Assembly (NCBI RefSeq): GCF_006345805.1 | Contig: NC_043001.1 | Location: 31,930,001 to 31,994,000 of the forward strand | DNA length: 64,000 nt | Source of the DNA: Octopus sinensis | Lineage: Eukaryota | Direction of reading: 5' to 3' | Shown here: positions 62,191 to 64,000 of the stretch, in pieces | How positions within the stretch are numbered: position 1 is the first letter of the stretch | How the letters are laid out: each line of letters starts with the position of its first letter | Made by a program: the position numbers and the translations under genes | The notes under the pieces: generated by a model | What the model was told of the DNA's origin: nothing | Seen by the model: the letters and a program-made list of their open reading frames with translations, nothing else | Databases searched by the model: none

Positions 62191-63456
62191 GATCACGCCA
62201 CAATTACTGTATTGAAAACCTTTAAGTCCACAACACGTCATCAAACTCATCCCTATTGTAGTCACATGTATGTATGTATGTATGTATGTATGCATGACTA
62301 TGAACGTGTCTGCATGTCTATATGAATGTATGTGGATATACACACGTGTATATATGCGTAGGTGTGGCACTGGACAATGTATGTAAGCAGATGTGTGTGT
62401 GTGTGTGTGTGTCGTTATGTTTACGCAGCTGTTAACTAAGACTTAAACGCCCACACCCCATTCAATGTATATACATTTATTTTAAACGATTTTATTCCCT
62501 AACTAAGCCAAGCGTGAGTCGGACACTGTTAATACGAACTTTGACCTCTCGGCAGCTGGACATCGTAATCTAACGCCATGTATCGAAAGAGGGGGCAACC
62601 AACAGCGAATCAAGCCACAAGCCAGTTAGCCGATTTCTAATTCGTCGGCCGACAAGCCGTCGAAGGAGTCTTTACGCAGTCGCCCGACTTGGTAACATTA
62701 GCAGTTAAATGTTTCTTAAACCACACCCAGTCGTTTCAAATAAAGATACAGTAGACAACTAAAGTTTCCGATAAATGAATTGGCGGGAGAGTTACGGTTG
62801 GAAAGTCTTTGAATCACTGATCTGATCTGAGTCTGAACCAAGAACAGGAACTGGCAGTTGGTGCCATTCCACTTCAGTTAATAAAACTTTGGTAAGTTAT
62901 GAATTAAACTCTATCTTAGATGAAATTTCGACAATGTAGCTACCGATATAAGGCGGCGAGCCAACAGAATAGTGAGCACGTTGGACAAAATGCTTAGCTA
63001 CATTTCATCCAACTCCCTACGTTCTGAGTTCAAATCCCACGGAAGTCAACTTTGCCTTTTATCCCTTCGAGGTCGACAAAATAAAGTGCTAGTCAAGTAC
63101 TTGGGTTGGTGTAACCGACTTGTTATTTCCCACCTTAAATATCATTGGTCTTGAATCCTATAATGGATCCTTATCCGGTCCAGGGATAATGCTGTGATCT
63201 TGGTCGCTTGTACGGCATCGAAATTAAGTAACCGACCAGTATGACACATAAGGGCCTGAGAAAAACAAAATAAAGTAGTTCTAAATAGAAAAAAAAATCC
63301 CCACAAGATAATCACAAATGGAATGCCTTTGATTATAGGTCTAATTGATCTGGATTGACCTTGGGTTAAATGGCAACAATCAACGACTTAAGCTACTTCA
63401 CCCATGCCCTCTTAATAAAATTCTTTTTCTTTTTCTTTCACTGATTGCAATTATTG

Positions 63457-63655
63457 GAGGCGTGTAGCATAGTGGTTAGGGGTGTTGGACTCATGTTCGT
63501 AAGATTGTGGTTTCAATTTCTAGACCGGGCGACGTGTTGTGTTCTCGAGCAAAAAACTTTATTTCACGTTTTGCAGTCCACGTAGCGGATAAAAAGAAGC
63601 CATGTATTTCTACGATGGACCAGCGTCCCGTCCAGGGGGTGGGGGCGCAAATGTT

Positions 63656-63691
<36 letters not shown>

Positions 63692-63747
63692 GGCCGACCA
63701 AAGCCTTGTGAGTGGATTTGGTAGAGGAAACTGAAAGACGCCCGTTG

Positions 63748-63809
<62 letters not shown>

Positions 63810-64000
63810 GTGTGTGTGTGTGTGTATGTGTGTGTCCAACATCGCTTGACAACCGATGCTAGTGTGTTACGTCCCCGTAACTTAGCAGTTCGGCAAATGA
63901 GACCGATAGAATAAGTACTAGGCTTACAAAGAATAAATCCTGGGGTCGATTTGCTCGACTAAAGGCGGTGTTCCAGCATGGCCACAGTCAAATGTCTCCG
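63457..64000 (+). mobile_element. Degenerate SINE-C (63457-63648) followed by a 5'-truncated SINE-B running off the window end
   Basis: CTACGATGGACCAGCGTCCCGTCCAGGGG core, then GGCCGACCAAAGCCTTGTGAGTGGATTTGG...AAAGGCGGTGTTCCAGCATGGCCACAGTC. Confidence 0.85.

Overview
AT-rich, repeat-saturated animal genomic DNA, intergenic or deep-intronic. The repeat families look like those of a coleoid cephalopod, most likely Octopus (recognised from memory, not searched). I found no host protein-coding exon I can support; almost all long ORFs in the supplied track are translations of (TA)n, (CA)n or (CTAT)n microsatellites. The window holds three or more tRNA-derived SINE families (dozens of copies, some as multimers) and decayed LINE fragments (CR1-like and RTE-like). 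It also holds decayed Penelope-like (PLE) RT and GIY-YIG fragments, a dead Tc1 element, a dead mariner element, a CpG-rich MITE and a degenerate ~47-bp satellite in several blocks between about 32.6 and 42.9 kb. The most interesting signal is a set of minimal type-I hammerhead ribozyme (HHR) motifs from about four sequence families. One sits downstream of a tRNA-like Pol III head at the 3' end of a PLE relic. Six more occur as three divergent inverted pairs, one HHR per strand. Two of those pairs belong to a recurrent class of short fold-back elements wedged between microsatellite tracts, nearly all with the same polarity. Repeat boundaries are approximate to about 10-30 bp unless motif coordinates are stated.
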